Shown here piece by piece: positions 42,601 to 54,577 of a DNA stretch of 64,000 bases. The stretch lies in the NCBI GenBank assembly GCA_000004985.1, contig GG738864.1; one strand, written 5' to 3'. A model generated the notes under the pieces. That model made no database searches. It was not told the origin of the DNA and saw only the letters and a list, made by a program, of their open reading frames with translations. The position numbers and the translations under genes were made by a program. Origin of the DNA: Naegleria gruberi (lineage: Eukaryota). The stretch's first letter is position 1. The number at the start of each line of letters is the position of its first letter.

Positions 42601-43097
42601 GATGGTATTTTTCCACAAGAGTAAATTGTCGTGGATAACAATGATGATGGAACAGCAACACTACTAGAATATGATGTTGTGAGGAGGTTGTTGTTGTTGT
42701 TGTAATTGTTTGGATGTTGTTGTTCGGATACTTTCTTTTCAGCTGCTGATGTATTCTTTTTAAAATTGCAATCCTCTTCTAGAATGTGAGAAGCAGAATC
42801 ATTGATTGACTGCCCAAACATGTTTATCTTTCCCATTTGTGTTTGCCAGTTAGTATTTAAGGGTAGCTGCTTATCAGCACCACATATTTCAGATACCTTA
42901 GTGTGCTGCTTAACAAAGTCTTGTGCAGATTCGCTTTGAAAAAGATCATTGACCTTTGTTGAAGTTGTTGTGCATGCAGATGCATCTTGATGTTTCAAGG
43001 TTGCTGATAATGTCGCTGCTACCTTGTTAGTATCGGTAGAGTTCATTTTTGGATAAACCCCAATGTTGGACTGCGCAGTGTTTTGTGATCTTTGCAA
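39632..43097 (-). CDS. Membrane-bound hybrid histidine kinase, about 1150 aa. It has an N-terminal S/N/Q-rich region, several TM helices, HisKA plus HATPase_c domains and a C-terminal response-regulator receiver. The kinase and receiver ORFs are joined by a 40-nt intron at 40305-40344 (GTATGT...TACTAAT...AAAAG).
   Basis: H-box FLSHVSHELRTPL, N/G boxes LLTNAIKAS and DYGIGIPYEKQQSIFEPFQQL...GTGLGL, and receiver motifs IIVAEDNAINRQVL and LVITDMHMPNMNG...IVMLTADA. Splicing converts KRYVENN...stop into an in-phase continuation ...R-IIEQMGGVISL. Confidence 0.75.
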
Positions 43098-44303
43098 CCA
43101 AAGGTGTTACAATACTCGAATAATACAACAGGATCGGGTGTTGTTGGAGGCTATTTTTGTTTCAGCTTTACTTGTGTTTTTCAATAATGAAAACTGTTGG
43201 AGTAGTGTGTTACTAGTTGTTCTATGTGACAAATTCCAAATAAAAGCAGCTACAACTTTCTTATTTGTTGTAATTGCTAGCTTTCACAAATATATTTATG
43301 AAATATTGGAATGTTGAAGAACAAGAGGAATATGATGATGATAATGATGAAAGAGGTTTACTCTAATTTTTTTAAAAAGATAGGTGGAACTAGGCGGAGG
43401 GAAAGAGAATCCCATTTAGAATCTTTGTCAGCTATTGGCATTTCAGGGTAGTCCATCTGTCGGCATCTTACAAAATCCTCAATAAATCTTTTTGATTCTC
43501 CCAATTGGTTGTTAGCCAACTGTTGTTTAAGGAAAATGAGTTAATAAGTAATGTAGTTGTAGCCGGTATTGAGGTCTTCAAGTCAGTAGATTATGTTCAA
43601 AGTTGTGAATGTTTTATAAACATAGAATTGGAGAACTTTTAATGGTTTTGAAGTATACTATACATCTCAAAAAGAACCCGATCAAATTAGATGCAGAATA
43701 TCGAGCAATAATGTCAAATAGTGGCGCCATTGCACAGATTCTATCTAATGGTCATCCAAACATTCGCCAACTATCCTCTTTAGAATTCATTTTCGTTGAG
43801 TTGTATTGCATTGATATTTGAAACAGTTCAATCTTGGGTGTTTGAAACAGAAAATACACAGAATTGTGTGCAAAGGACGGAGTGCTTGATCTGTGGGTGT
43901 TGGTAGCCATACGAATGAAATTTGAAGGTTTCCAACTTGGTCAGAAAATTTCGTATGCATTTTGGGAAACATTTGCTAACAATAAAGTTGTCAGCCAAAT
44001 ATTTTTTAAAGTAATGTTTCATTAAAGATGGGTTCCCAAATCACAATAGAGATTAATTTCATCGATCGAGATTTTGAATAGTAGTTTGATTAGTGCCAGG
44101 AAGAAACTCTGTAATGGAAATACTCCAGAATAATCACGAAAATTGGTCAGGAATCTCGGTGTAAATTGTAAACAAAGTTTACAATGAGATATCTCATAGG
44201 GTATTACATTCAATCTGATTCTAACTGTTTGTAATTCAATCAAACATATTATTGCAATTTCTAGAAAAATGAATCTTTTTCGTTTACGGCATTAATACAT
44301 GTA

Positions 44304-45170
44304 TTAATCGTATTGAACATCAACATACTCAGAATAATCCTCATCCCAAGGAAATAACATCATGATTGGTTCGAATAGGAGTCTATCTCTTAACTCTTCC
44401 TTGATGGTATCAATGCAAAAACCAAGTTCCTCTCTAATCGATTGCAATTTTTTTCTTGAAACCTTTACAATTCCATCCTCAAGTTTTTCGGCCAGATAAT
44501 TTTTGTAATATTCCATAATCCAATATGAATTATAAGCTCCATAATCAAATGAACATGTAAATTTGAGTTTAACCTCTCCAATAGAAACAATTGCTGTATT
44601 CTTTAAACTTCCATCCATTTCTTCTTCAGTCATTCTAACTAATTGATATTTTTCGAATAGATTCTTTTCGAATAATGTAGCGATTTCCTTTCCATGATCC
44701 TTTTCAATCCTGTCCAAATATCCTCTAAATTGCTCAAATTTTTGTTCAGTCGTATTTCTGATAACAATTTTATCTTTTACATTTTTTGTAAATCCTTCAA
44801 TTTGTGACAAACAATTTTGTAATTGTTCTCCATATTTACCATTTCTCAATTTCCCGTCTCTGCTAAACTTGGATTTGGTAGTATAGTTCTTCATTGCTCG
44901 GGTCACTTCCTTCACCAATCTGTATGAAATAAACAAGTGATGATTCGAATAAAGTGCTCGATAAATAGTTTTACAAGTCAGGATGAAATCTAATCCTTCG
45001 CTCGGATCATAAATAAAATCAAGAATTAAACCTAAAATTTCATCTGGTAATTGACATAAATTTGCACTGGTAATAAAATTATTGTTGTCGTGCGTCAATT
45101 TAACAAATTTTGATTTGGTCTGCTGATCGGACTTTGCTGAATAGTGTCGTTTCATTTTTTTTAAAAACAT
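44304..45170 (-). CDS. F-box domain protein (288 aa).
   Basis: N-terminal F-box LCQLPDEILGLILDFIYDPSEGLDFILTCKTIYRAL. Confidence 0.5.
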   Translation of the reverse strand: MFLKKMKRHYSAKSDQQTKSKFVKLTHDNNNFITSANLCQLPDEILGLILDFIYDPSEGLDFILTCKTIYRALYSNHHLFISYRLVKEVTRAMKNYTTKSKFSRDGKLRNGKYGEQLQNCLSQIEGFTKNVKDKIVIRNTTEQKFEQFRGYLDRIEKDHGKEIATLFEKNLFEKYQLVRMTEEEMDGSLKNTAIVSIGEVKLKFTCSFDYGAYNSYWIMEYYKNYLAEKLEDGIVKVSRKKLQSIREELGFCIDTIKEELRDRLLFEPIMMLFPWDEDYSEYVDVQYD

Positions 45171-46450
45171 TATTGAAAGTGCTTAGTTCTTCAACGTTCA
45201 GAGCTGTTTTTAGTACATGAGAATTCACAGTATGAAAGTTGTTATTTTCGCATGAAATCCACACATGTTGTTTTCAAAGCTAAGGTGTATTAACCCGATT
45301 GTTGGGTTTAAATTTCTATTTGCTCTTTCAATTTCTTCTCTTGTATTTTTTGGAATAAGGGTGATAATTCTTGGCTGTCATATCAAGAATTTCAGGAGAA
45401 TGCCAATTAAGTAATTGAATGGAAAAAAACAATTCTCGACAGCTTTTAAAACAATTTCTCAAGTAATAAAGTGAATATCCAAATTTGGAATGCAAAATCT
45501 CTATCATGTTTCAGTGTCGTTGGAACATGTCGAAATATTAATCGATATTGTGGATTAACACTCTGAAAATTATCCCCAGAATAAGTATCACAACCATCGA
45601 TTAATGCAAAATAGAATTTCCTTATTTGATTTAGCTTTTTTAGGAATTGAAATATACAAATCCCTTCTTTTTACAACTTTGGAAATAATTTCAATATTAT
45701 TTATTTGAAAGAATATTGTACATCGTGCTTTTAGAATAAATTACTTATCAAATTTCAATCTATCCCAATAAATCCAACAAAATGTTGTCATTGTCTTATT
45801 GATTATTTTGAAAATCTAGTCATCCAGTATATTCTCTTATATATATCAATCATATCTGGGTTATTTCTGAAATCCGAAGATAATCTCTATCATAGACCGA
45901 AATGAAGAATAAAATTGAAGTCCTACTAGGATTGAGAGCAATTCTGAAGGCAATGGTATCTCTGTAATATATTGAATTTAACACTCTTACAATTTCTCAA
46001 CATTATTGTGGAGAAGGTTGTTTCGGAAACATTTGAAACAAAAGAAATAACCTCAACTAGATTTATTACGATTGGCTGTCAGCATTAGATCAATTACTAT
46101 CTGGAAAGGTAGCTTGACAATACACTCTCCAAATGTTATTTGCAATTGTTCCAACTATCTAATAATTTCTTTCAATCCATCACTAAATGAAGTATTCCAA
46201 ACAATTTGAATCCGTTGAAGTGATGAAAGGATATTGTACTTGGTGCATCATTTCAAAGAGATTCCAACAATCCAACCTCTCGAATACCGTCCCAAAAAAT
46301 CAGTAATAAAGGGTGAAACCAAATAGTTAAAAGTTAGAGAGATAATCGGATTATTTATATACATTGATAATTTTAGCTATAACTTGTAATTGTATCCTAG
46401 AGGTGATTTCCTAGAGTGTTTGTTGTGTAAGTGTTGTTGTGAAATATTAT

Positions 46451-47171
46451 TTACATTACGGAACATGTGTCACAAATTCCAAATCTCCTGTTCTTCTTCT
46501 TTTCTGGAAGAAGAGTCTCTGCATTATCATGATCTTCTCCATCAGGTGATTGAGAGGTAAATCTATCAATAACCAATCCAACAAGAGAAGTTTCTAGTGA
46601 TGATGATGAGTCATTCTTAGCACTCAATTCAATATATGGATAATTGAATTGGTTTGCCCATGATTTTGCTGTATTAATGATCTTTTCGCAATGCCTCCTA
46701 TTAAAATCAGTAATTTCATCAGTCTTGTTGGCAACTATCACAAATCTTGGTTGAGTTAGAAATGTTAAATTAGAAATAATGAGAAACTTACGGAAAGCTT
46801 GTTGTGGAAATTGATAAACCGGCTTGAATTAAAAATTCTTCTCTCCACTTATTCAGGGAGTTTGCACTTTGTAAATCCGTTACTGAAAATACCAGGCAAA
46901 CTACATCAATATCACGATAAAAAGCAACTGATAAAGAGGCATACTTCTCCAATCCTGCATTATCCCACAGCTGCAGCTTGTAGGATTCATCCTTATAATC
47001 TATAGCTTGAGAATTTAAACAGTCACTTCCGATTGTTGGTGTATAATTTGTATCAAATTGGTCATATACCAATTTTTCAATAATTGAAGTTTTTCCTGAT
47101 TCTCCATTCCCTAAAAATAATACTCTCAATGTTTTTGGAGTTTCTAAATGAGATCCCACTATCGATTTCAT
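46451..47171 (-). CDS. Ras-superfamily small GTPase with a CAAX tail (CSVM). Two exons joined by a 46-nt intron (GTAAGT...CTAACTCAACCAAG, about 46743-46788). The catalytic Gln is replaced (DNAGLE instead of DTAGQE).
   Basis: GNGESGKTS P-loop, WDNAGLEKY, NKTD and ELSAKN boxes, and a C-terminal CSVM. Confidence 0.65.
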
Positions 47172-47948
47172 TGTGTGATGATATATTTAGTCTTGTTGGG
47201 TGGGTAACAATATTTCCTCTGTGTTTGATAAATGTGAGGTTGGGTGTTTGGGCTTTTTTTTCTCAAAATCCTTTTTGCTTTTCAAACGGTTCTTCATGCC
47301 CTCGATGTTTAAAGAGAGGAGGCGCACTTTCTTTGTCGCTACAACATTCATCTACTTCAGCGAGGTTTTTGCCAAGTCCGACTGGAGAAATTTATTGGAA
47401 AGTGAAACTTGTTGTACTTGTCGAAAGGAATTTTAATGAAATGTCAATTGAAAGGAATCAGTGAATGAAGAAAACTTGAACACTTGTTGTTGTTTCCTTT
47501 TCTTCATTCCAATTGAGATGAATTGAAAGGAAGAAACATGTTGATTACTAACTGAAAGAACTTGCTGAAAGGGTGGTAAGTTGGAATAAATGTCCACTCA
47601 ATCAGTAAGCACAAATTCAAAAATAAATTGAGGACAAGAATAAGACCTCGCTGTATGAAGGACAATTCAGTCATTGTGGCATTTGGCAGTTGAATACTGA
47701 AGCAATAGTTCCGCCAAATTGTTTACAGCTGAATTTGCAAACCTTTTTAGTTGCTTATCTATGCTGATAATTTAGGTTGCCATGATTTATTCAACGGTTG
47801 ATGATTTGAATTGGTTTTCTCTGAGAAATTGGTATTGGATAATGTTAATCATCAATCCAGATTGAAACATTTCCCGCCAAAATGCTGTACAGAAAATTTG
47901 ATAAATATACAACCAAAGCCACCCGCTCATTTTCAATTTTAAAAAAAA

Positions 47949-49256
47949 ATGATGACCGATGTAAGTGATTCGTACATGTGGTTATTTTCTTACTACTAAT
48001 CAAATAATAAGGTTTCCAAGTTTTCGAAGGAATCCGAAAGATATGCCTTCTTAGTATCGTATTATGATTCTCTTGCTGGATTTGATAGAGAATATCAATT
48101 ATTGTATTATACATTTGATGAAACAATTGAAATGGTTTGTTTTTATGTTCCGATTCAAGAAATTTAACCATCATCATGACAATAGTATGATTGCAAGACA
48201 AAGAGAGTCTTCCTCAAGAGGTGTACTTATCCTGAAGTAACATTAAAATCATTATATAAGGGTGCGATCGTCACCATTAATAGTCGTCAACTCAAAGTTG
48301 TGGAGTATTCCGATGAATTCACTAGAAAGAACTTTGGAGACAAGAAGAAGAGGTAAGATGAACCAATATAATTGTAAATAATTCTAACACTAAATAGAAC
48401 TTTGGCCATGATAAAACCTGATGGTGTTGTAAATATGGGAGAAATTATTGATAGGATTTGTAGAGAAGGATTTCAAATTTCCAAAATGAAAATGACTGAA
48501 CTCACCACTGACTTGGCACAAACCTTCTACAGTGTCCATAAAGGAAAATCATTCTATGATACACTTGTGGCTTACATGACAAGTGGCCCAATTGTAGCTC
48601 TTGAACTTGTGGCTGAAGATGCTGTAGCTAAGTGGAGAGAATTAATCGGACCAACTGATTGTGTGCAAGCTAGACAAGTAGCACCAAACTCAATTAGAGC
48701 TCTCTATGCAACTGACAAGACTCACAATGCAGTGCATGGCTCAGATTCTGACGAAAATGCCACAATCGAGTCTACCTTTTTCTTTGGAGGACAAGAACAA
48801 ATTCCAACAACAGCAACATTCCAAAATTGTTCCCTGGCCCTCCTTTTACCTCACATTGTTTCAGATAGAATGGCCATAGGGAAAATATTAATTGAAATTC
48901 AAAAATCTGGACTTGATATTACAGCTATGGAAGTGTTTTCTATTGGAAAGACAGATGCTTCGGATTTCTATGAAGTTTATAGGGGTGTGAGCCCAGATTT
49001 CCAAAAGATGGTCTTGAATTTGTGCTCTGGACCTATAATTGCATTGGAAGTGTCAACAAAGGAGCCAAATGATGTTGTCACATATTTGAGAAATGTTTGT
49101 GGTCCTAGTGATCCAGAACTTGCAAAGGTATTGAGACCAGACACTATCAGAGCCAAGTTTGGTGTTGACAAGGTTAGAAATGCTATTCATTGTACAGACC
49201 TAGAGGATGATGGTGTTTTGGAAGTTGAATTTTTCTTTAATCTTATGCAAAAATAA
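47949..49256 (+). CDS. NME7-like protein: an N-terminal DM10 domain spread over three small exons, then two nucleoside-diphosphate-kinase domains (ORF 48402-49256). Introns are 45-51 nt with GTAAGT or GTTTGT donors.
   Basis: DM10-like FLVSYYDSLAGFDREYQLLYYTFDETIEM and KRVFLKRCTYPEVTLKSLYKGAIVTINSRQLKVVEYSDEF. The NDK motifs AMIKPDG and NAVHGSD appear twice. Confidence 0.65.
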
Positions 49257-49375
49257 ATGTTCTGAATTATCCACTATTCTGTACATCGTGATAGCCAATT
49301 ACCTTTTTTCATTATCATTCAGATTGTAAAGTAGTATTAATTTGTTATCCATCAAATAATAATAAAATTAAAAAA

Positions 49376-50195
49376 ATGTCATCAAGTAAAGTTGTTGTAT
49401 TTGATGTGGGTGGTGTAATTGCATCCGATTGTTACAATGAAGGTAAAAATCATAAAGTAGTGAATTTCAACTAACCATTTATAAACAGTAATTGAAAATA
49501 TTTATTATGGAATTCCCGAAGGAAAGGAAATAATGAAGAGTGGAAACAGTGCTTGGAAATTATATAAATATGGAACAATTAATGAAGAACAATTTTGGAG
49601 AGCAGTCATTGATGAACACTATCAAACTATTATTTCAAATATTAATGTATTGAATGGATTTGTACTTTCCAATGAAGAAAATGAGGATCAAACTAAACAC
49701 AGATTAGGTCAATACTTTGGAAATTATTTGAGAAATAATTTACGCTTCTTTGAATCAACATTACAATTAATTCAAAGATTGAATGACCAAATTTCAAGCT
49801 ATCCTCAACTTGAAGCTATTGCCATCCTTTCTAATCACTCCAAAGAATGGTGTCACTATATTTATTCTGAAAAGGATAATGGCAGAGTTGAAAAACTATT
49901 CAAGAATAATCTCTTGAAAAAATCTCAATATTGTCCTGAATTAATTATTTGGTCATGTGATGTCAATGCTGCTAAACCAGAAAAGGCCATTTATCAACTC
50001 TTAATTGATAGAATCAAACAACATGTGAATTCTCAAATTGAGCCTCACAATATTTGTTTCATTGATGATAAAGATAGAAACGTAGAAGCTGCTACAGAAG
50101 TTGGAATTTCCACCATTCAATATGATGCCTCTCTTCCAGATCAATACGATTTCACATCCTTTGAAGGAAAATTAGAACAATTTCTTTCTCAATAA
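49376..50195 (+). CDS. HAD-superfamily hydrolase. Exon 1 is MSSSKVVVFDVGGVIASDCYNE, followed by a 56-nt intron (49443-49498) and exon 2.
   Basis: HAD motif I FDVGGV, a C-terminal ICFIDDKDRNVEAATEVGISTIQY (motifs III/IV), and a GTAAAA...AAACAG intron in phase. Confidence 0.55.
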
Positions 50196-50325
50196 AGCTG
50201 TATATTCCACTATTTTCATCACCATTGCAATTATCCAATCAAATTGAAATATGATCTCTTCAATACTTATTATTACTGTCTTTACAATAAGCAATCAATT
50301 AGAAAGATAAAAACTAATCAAAAAA

Positions 50326-52545
50326 ATGCTTCACAAGGTCGTTCATCGTTCCACAAAATCTTTGCGTCATCATATTGTTGGTGCAGGAATTTCATCCTGT
50401 ACAAATTTGAATGTAATTCCCTCTCATGATAATAATTCCCTGCTGATGATTAACAAGGGAGGAAATGGTATCACGATGAAAAAGTCACTCGGAATGATTA
50501 ATAATCAGGAGAGAAATTTTTCAACTCTCAACATTTGGAGACAACAACAACAAGAAACAAGTGAATCCAATTTAGCAGACATTGAAACACAATATACAAA
50601 GGATGTTGCTAATAATAATGACTATTTCTTGAGTTTTGCAATTGTTGCTGGAAAATTTGAATCTGGAAAACCTGCAGTTTTTGTTGATTTTCTTTCAGAA
50701 TTAATCCAGAAAAAAGATGTTGAAGGATTGAAAATGGTATATTATTTATGTACAAAAGAAGTAGGTATTTCACTCAATTGTCTCTATAATTGTATTTAGA
50801 AATTATTGGAAAAAGGTTTCAAGTGGGTTTTGAGTGACGAAATATTATTGGCAGCAATCTATGACATTAGATCTAATTTATCACTTGATGAAATCAAACA
50901 GATTTATAGTGAAACATCTAATAATATTTTGGAAACATGTAATACATTGCTGAGACCTGTTTTGACAAAGCAAATTCAACACATTACAATCAATGGTCTT
51001 GAAAGAAAGTTTGTAACCACATTTGAAGTATTTGACTATCTCAAAAAGATTGCCAACGTTTCAAAGCAAGAAAAGGAGAGTATTGCCAAACAAAAAATTC
51101 ATATTCTCTCACAACTCTTTTCAACTCTCAAATCCTCACATGAAATGAAACTTTTGATGAAGATTATTTCATCCTCAAGTTCGAGTTCACTCTCTGGTGT
51201 AAAGAAAAAGACATTTTTAAAATTTTTATCTGAAGCACTTGAAAAGTCAAAACTCAATAATTCTGCCAAACTTTCTGTAAATCAAATTGCTGACTCTATT
51301 TCTATTTACACCAAGACCAAGGAAGTTGATTTACTGTTTGAAGAATTATTCACTAAAAATTCACTTTTCAACATTTCAAACGAATCCTCACCACAATTCC
51401 AAATAGGAACTGTTATTCCACCAATGTTGGCTAAACCAGTTAAACAGCTCAAAGAAAACTTCCTTCAACATTTGAAAAAGTCAGCTGATGAAACTCAATT
51501 ATTATGTGAATACAAGTATGATGGCGAAAGATTATTGCTACACTACGATGCAACCAATAAGAATCTGATGAGCTTCTCAAGAAACGGAAAACAATCAGCT
51601 CTATTGGAAGATTTCCCACAGGAGAAGGAAGAGCTCATTAAGTCTGTCTTACAATGTGATAAGAGCTTTATTATTGATTGTGAATACATCATTCTGGGTA
51701 AACAATCAGGAAAGCCACTTTCATTCCATGAATTCCAAAACAGATCAAGTCTTGCATCTGTTTCTATCCCTTCAATTCGTGCCTTTGATATTATTTACTT
51801 TGAAAATGGACCAATCATTGAATCTCCACTTTTTGAAAGAAGATTGAATCTTGACTCTCTAGTTTCTTCAATCAATAATCCAACTCTTTCCCTCTCTAAA
51901 GGCAAATTATTCAATATTGCCAATGAAAAGGAATGCATTGCAGATGTTTATGAGTTTATGAAAGACTCATTGCAAGACTCATGTGAAGGACTCATGATTA
52001 AGCCAGTCTCTACCAAATACGAATTTGGTAAGAGAGGATGGTTCAAATTGAAGAAGGAATACATGCCAGATGGATTATATGACACCCTCGATTTGATTCC
52101 AATAGGTGGATGTAAGGGAGTAGGAAAAAGAATTGGCCTCTTTGGATCCTACTTGATGGGAGTAAGAAATCCAAAAGATGGTAAGATTTACTCTGTATGC
52201 TCAGTTGGTACTGGACTCAATAATGAAATGTTAGAGACACTCACTGAAGAAGCATTGGAACAATATATCCCTGCCCCAATTGCCACTGATCCATCAGCAT
52301 TAGAGGAAAAGTATGGCATTGTTGTCTCCAAGTCTGTCTTTAAACAAGTTGATTGTTGGTTCCAACCAAATCTCGTTTGGGAAATTGCTGGCTCTGATAT
52401 CCTCTCATCAAGTGGATCATCCTCTGGTTATAGTATTCGTTTTCCAAGATTCATCAGAAAGAGAGATGATAAATCAGTAGAAGATAGCACCTCACTCGAA
52501 CAATTAAGTGAAATGTTTATTGCCCAAAATTCAAAAAATGAATAA
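50326..52545 (+). CDS. ATP-dependent DNA ligase with an N-terminal basic/hydroxylated presequence that may be a mitochondrial-type targeting peptide. Two exons with a 39-nt intron at 50761-50799 (GTAGGT...ATTTAG).
   Basis: Adenylation motif I EYKYDGERL, motif IV CEGLMIK, motif V WFKLKKEY, and an N-terminal DNA-binding-domain-like region. Confidence 0.7.
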
Positions 52546-52952
52546 ACCATAAATTTGTTCGTCAAACACTTTTTCCTCTCTTCCCAAGGTTTAATAACCT
52601 TCAAGTAGAGTGAATGATGATAACTACAACAATCTTTAGCTGGAATTACCGTCTGAATTGTAATGTAGATAGATTGTACGCTGACTTTAATGAACAATTA
52701 ACCAACCTCTTCATACTAAGAAGAAAATTGTTCAAATTTTGTCTTGATATATTTCAAGAAAACTTTTCTTTTGCTTACGAAGTTGCCTGCTGACAACAAT
52801 AAAATTTAATAATAAAATTCAAAGGAAGAAGCCAAACATATAGATCAATTCCAAAATGTATTATCTATTATTATTAATCTTCTTGATGATGATATTGAAG
52901 ATTGTTAACTTGACCAAAATTCTATTGAATCTTTTTTCTGTGTATTTAAAAA

Positions 52953-54563
52953 ATGAGTCAATCCCTCGCTCTCAAAATTATTCCTTTCCTCGATGTTCAT
53001 CTCATCTTTCCATTGCTCGAATTTCTCGAACAAAATGAGGTAGGTTATATGATGATTATTGTTGTTGTTCAATAATCTTGTCTTATTATTATTTCTTCTT
53101 CTACTATATTATTATTATAAAATATATTTTAACTCGGGTGCGATTAATATTTGCGCTTTTTCCTATGATGAAATATTTTGTTATTGTTGTATTATATAAT
53201 ATAGATTTATCCAAAACAACAAGTACAACTTGCTGCTTTTGAATTATCTAAGAAGACTAAAATGTTAAACTTCCAAAAGGAAAAGCAAGAACTTGTTGGT
53301 ATGACAACAACTATTGACTATCAAAAGGAAGAAAAGGAAATTATGGATCAAATGCAAAACTATAAACAAGTTTGTGAACCTCTTCTTACTAAATTGAAGG
53401 ACTATAATCAAAACAAGGATAATATCAAAGAAACTCTCCAAGTCTACCTTTCAAATGATACTAGAATTAATCATGAAATGTTGGATAAGCTTTATGATTA
53501 TGCCAAATTCATCTATGAAACTGGAGATTATGAAACAGCTGCTGCCTTGTTGGCTGATGTTAAACAACTTTACGAATACAATGTTGATAAAGCCTATTTG
53601 TCAGCTTGGGGTAAATTGGCTAGCGAATTGATGTGTAAGGAATGGGAAAGTGCTAGTGCTGCTTTGAACGAATTGAAGGATTTGATGGAAAACAGATTCC
53701 AACAATTGCTTCAACATGAAAGAACATCAGCAAATACTGCTACCACTGCTTCTGTCACTGCTCCAATGACAAAGGTTGGTCCAGGTATTAAATCTGTAGA
53801 ATTGGATTTAATCAATGCTAGATGTTGGTTTATTCACTGGTCTCTCTTTGTTGCTTTCTTTGACCAATCTAATTCCTACAAGGCATTGTTAGATTTATTC
53901 TTCCCACCTGTTGGTACTCCACACTCACAACATACCCACACTGATTTGACTTCCAACAAGTATATTTCTGCACTTTTCCAAAGTGGATGTGGATATATTC
54001 TTCGTTATTTGGCTATCACCATAATTTTAAGGAAACGTAATAAGGTTTACTTGAATGCTTTGGTCAAGTTCATGGAACAACATTTGATTATTAGATCTGA
54101 TTTCCAACAACAAGATGAACTTTTGAGTGATCCTGTCATTCAATTCATTTATCAATTGTGTGTCACTCATGATTTCAAGGCTGCCCATGAAGCTCTTTTG
54201 GCCTCTGAATCCATCGTCAAGAATGATTACTTTACTCATAGCCATGTTAAGGAATTCATGAATCAAGGAAAGAATATGATTTTCGAAAGCTATGCTAAGG
54301 TTTCACACTCATTTGCTTATGGTGAATCCTCAAAGATTGATTTGCCTCTCGATGAAGAATTCATTAACTCTGCTGTCAATGCTTTGAAGTTACAAACTCA
54401 AGTCCAACTCGAATCTGAACAACACCGTGTGACGGTGAAGAAGACCCTTCCAAATATTTATCAACAAATTTTAGAAAGAACTGAAGACTCTGCCAATAAG
54501 ACTATTAGTATTTCTAATGGTGCCAAGAATCTTCAAGCTCAAAGACAATCGAAAGAAAAATAA
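52953..54563 (+). CDS. Translation initiation factor eIF3 subunit E (Int6), PCI-domain protein. Exon 1 is 52953-53039 and exon 2 is 53205-54563; the intervening 165-nt intron is AT-rich.
   Basis: Exon 1 MSQSLALKIIPFLDVHLIFPLLEFLEQNE and exon 2 IYPKQQ... match the eIF3e N-terminus. YDYAKFIYETGDYETAAALL and LSAWGKLASELMCKEWESA are further eIF3e hallmarks. Confidence 0.8.
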
Positions 54564-54577
54564 ATGATATTTACATC

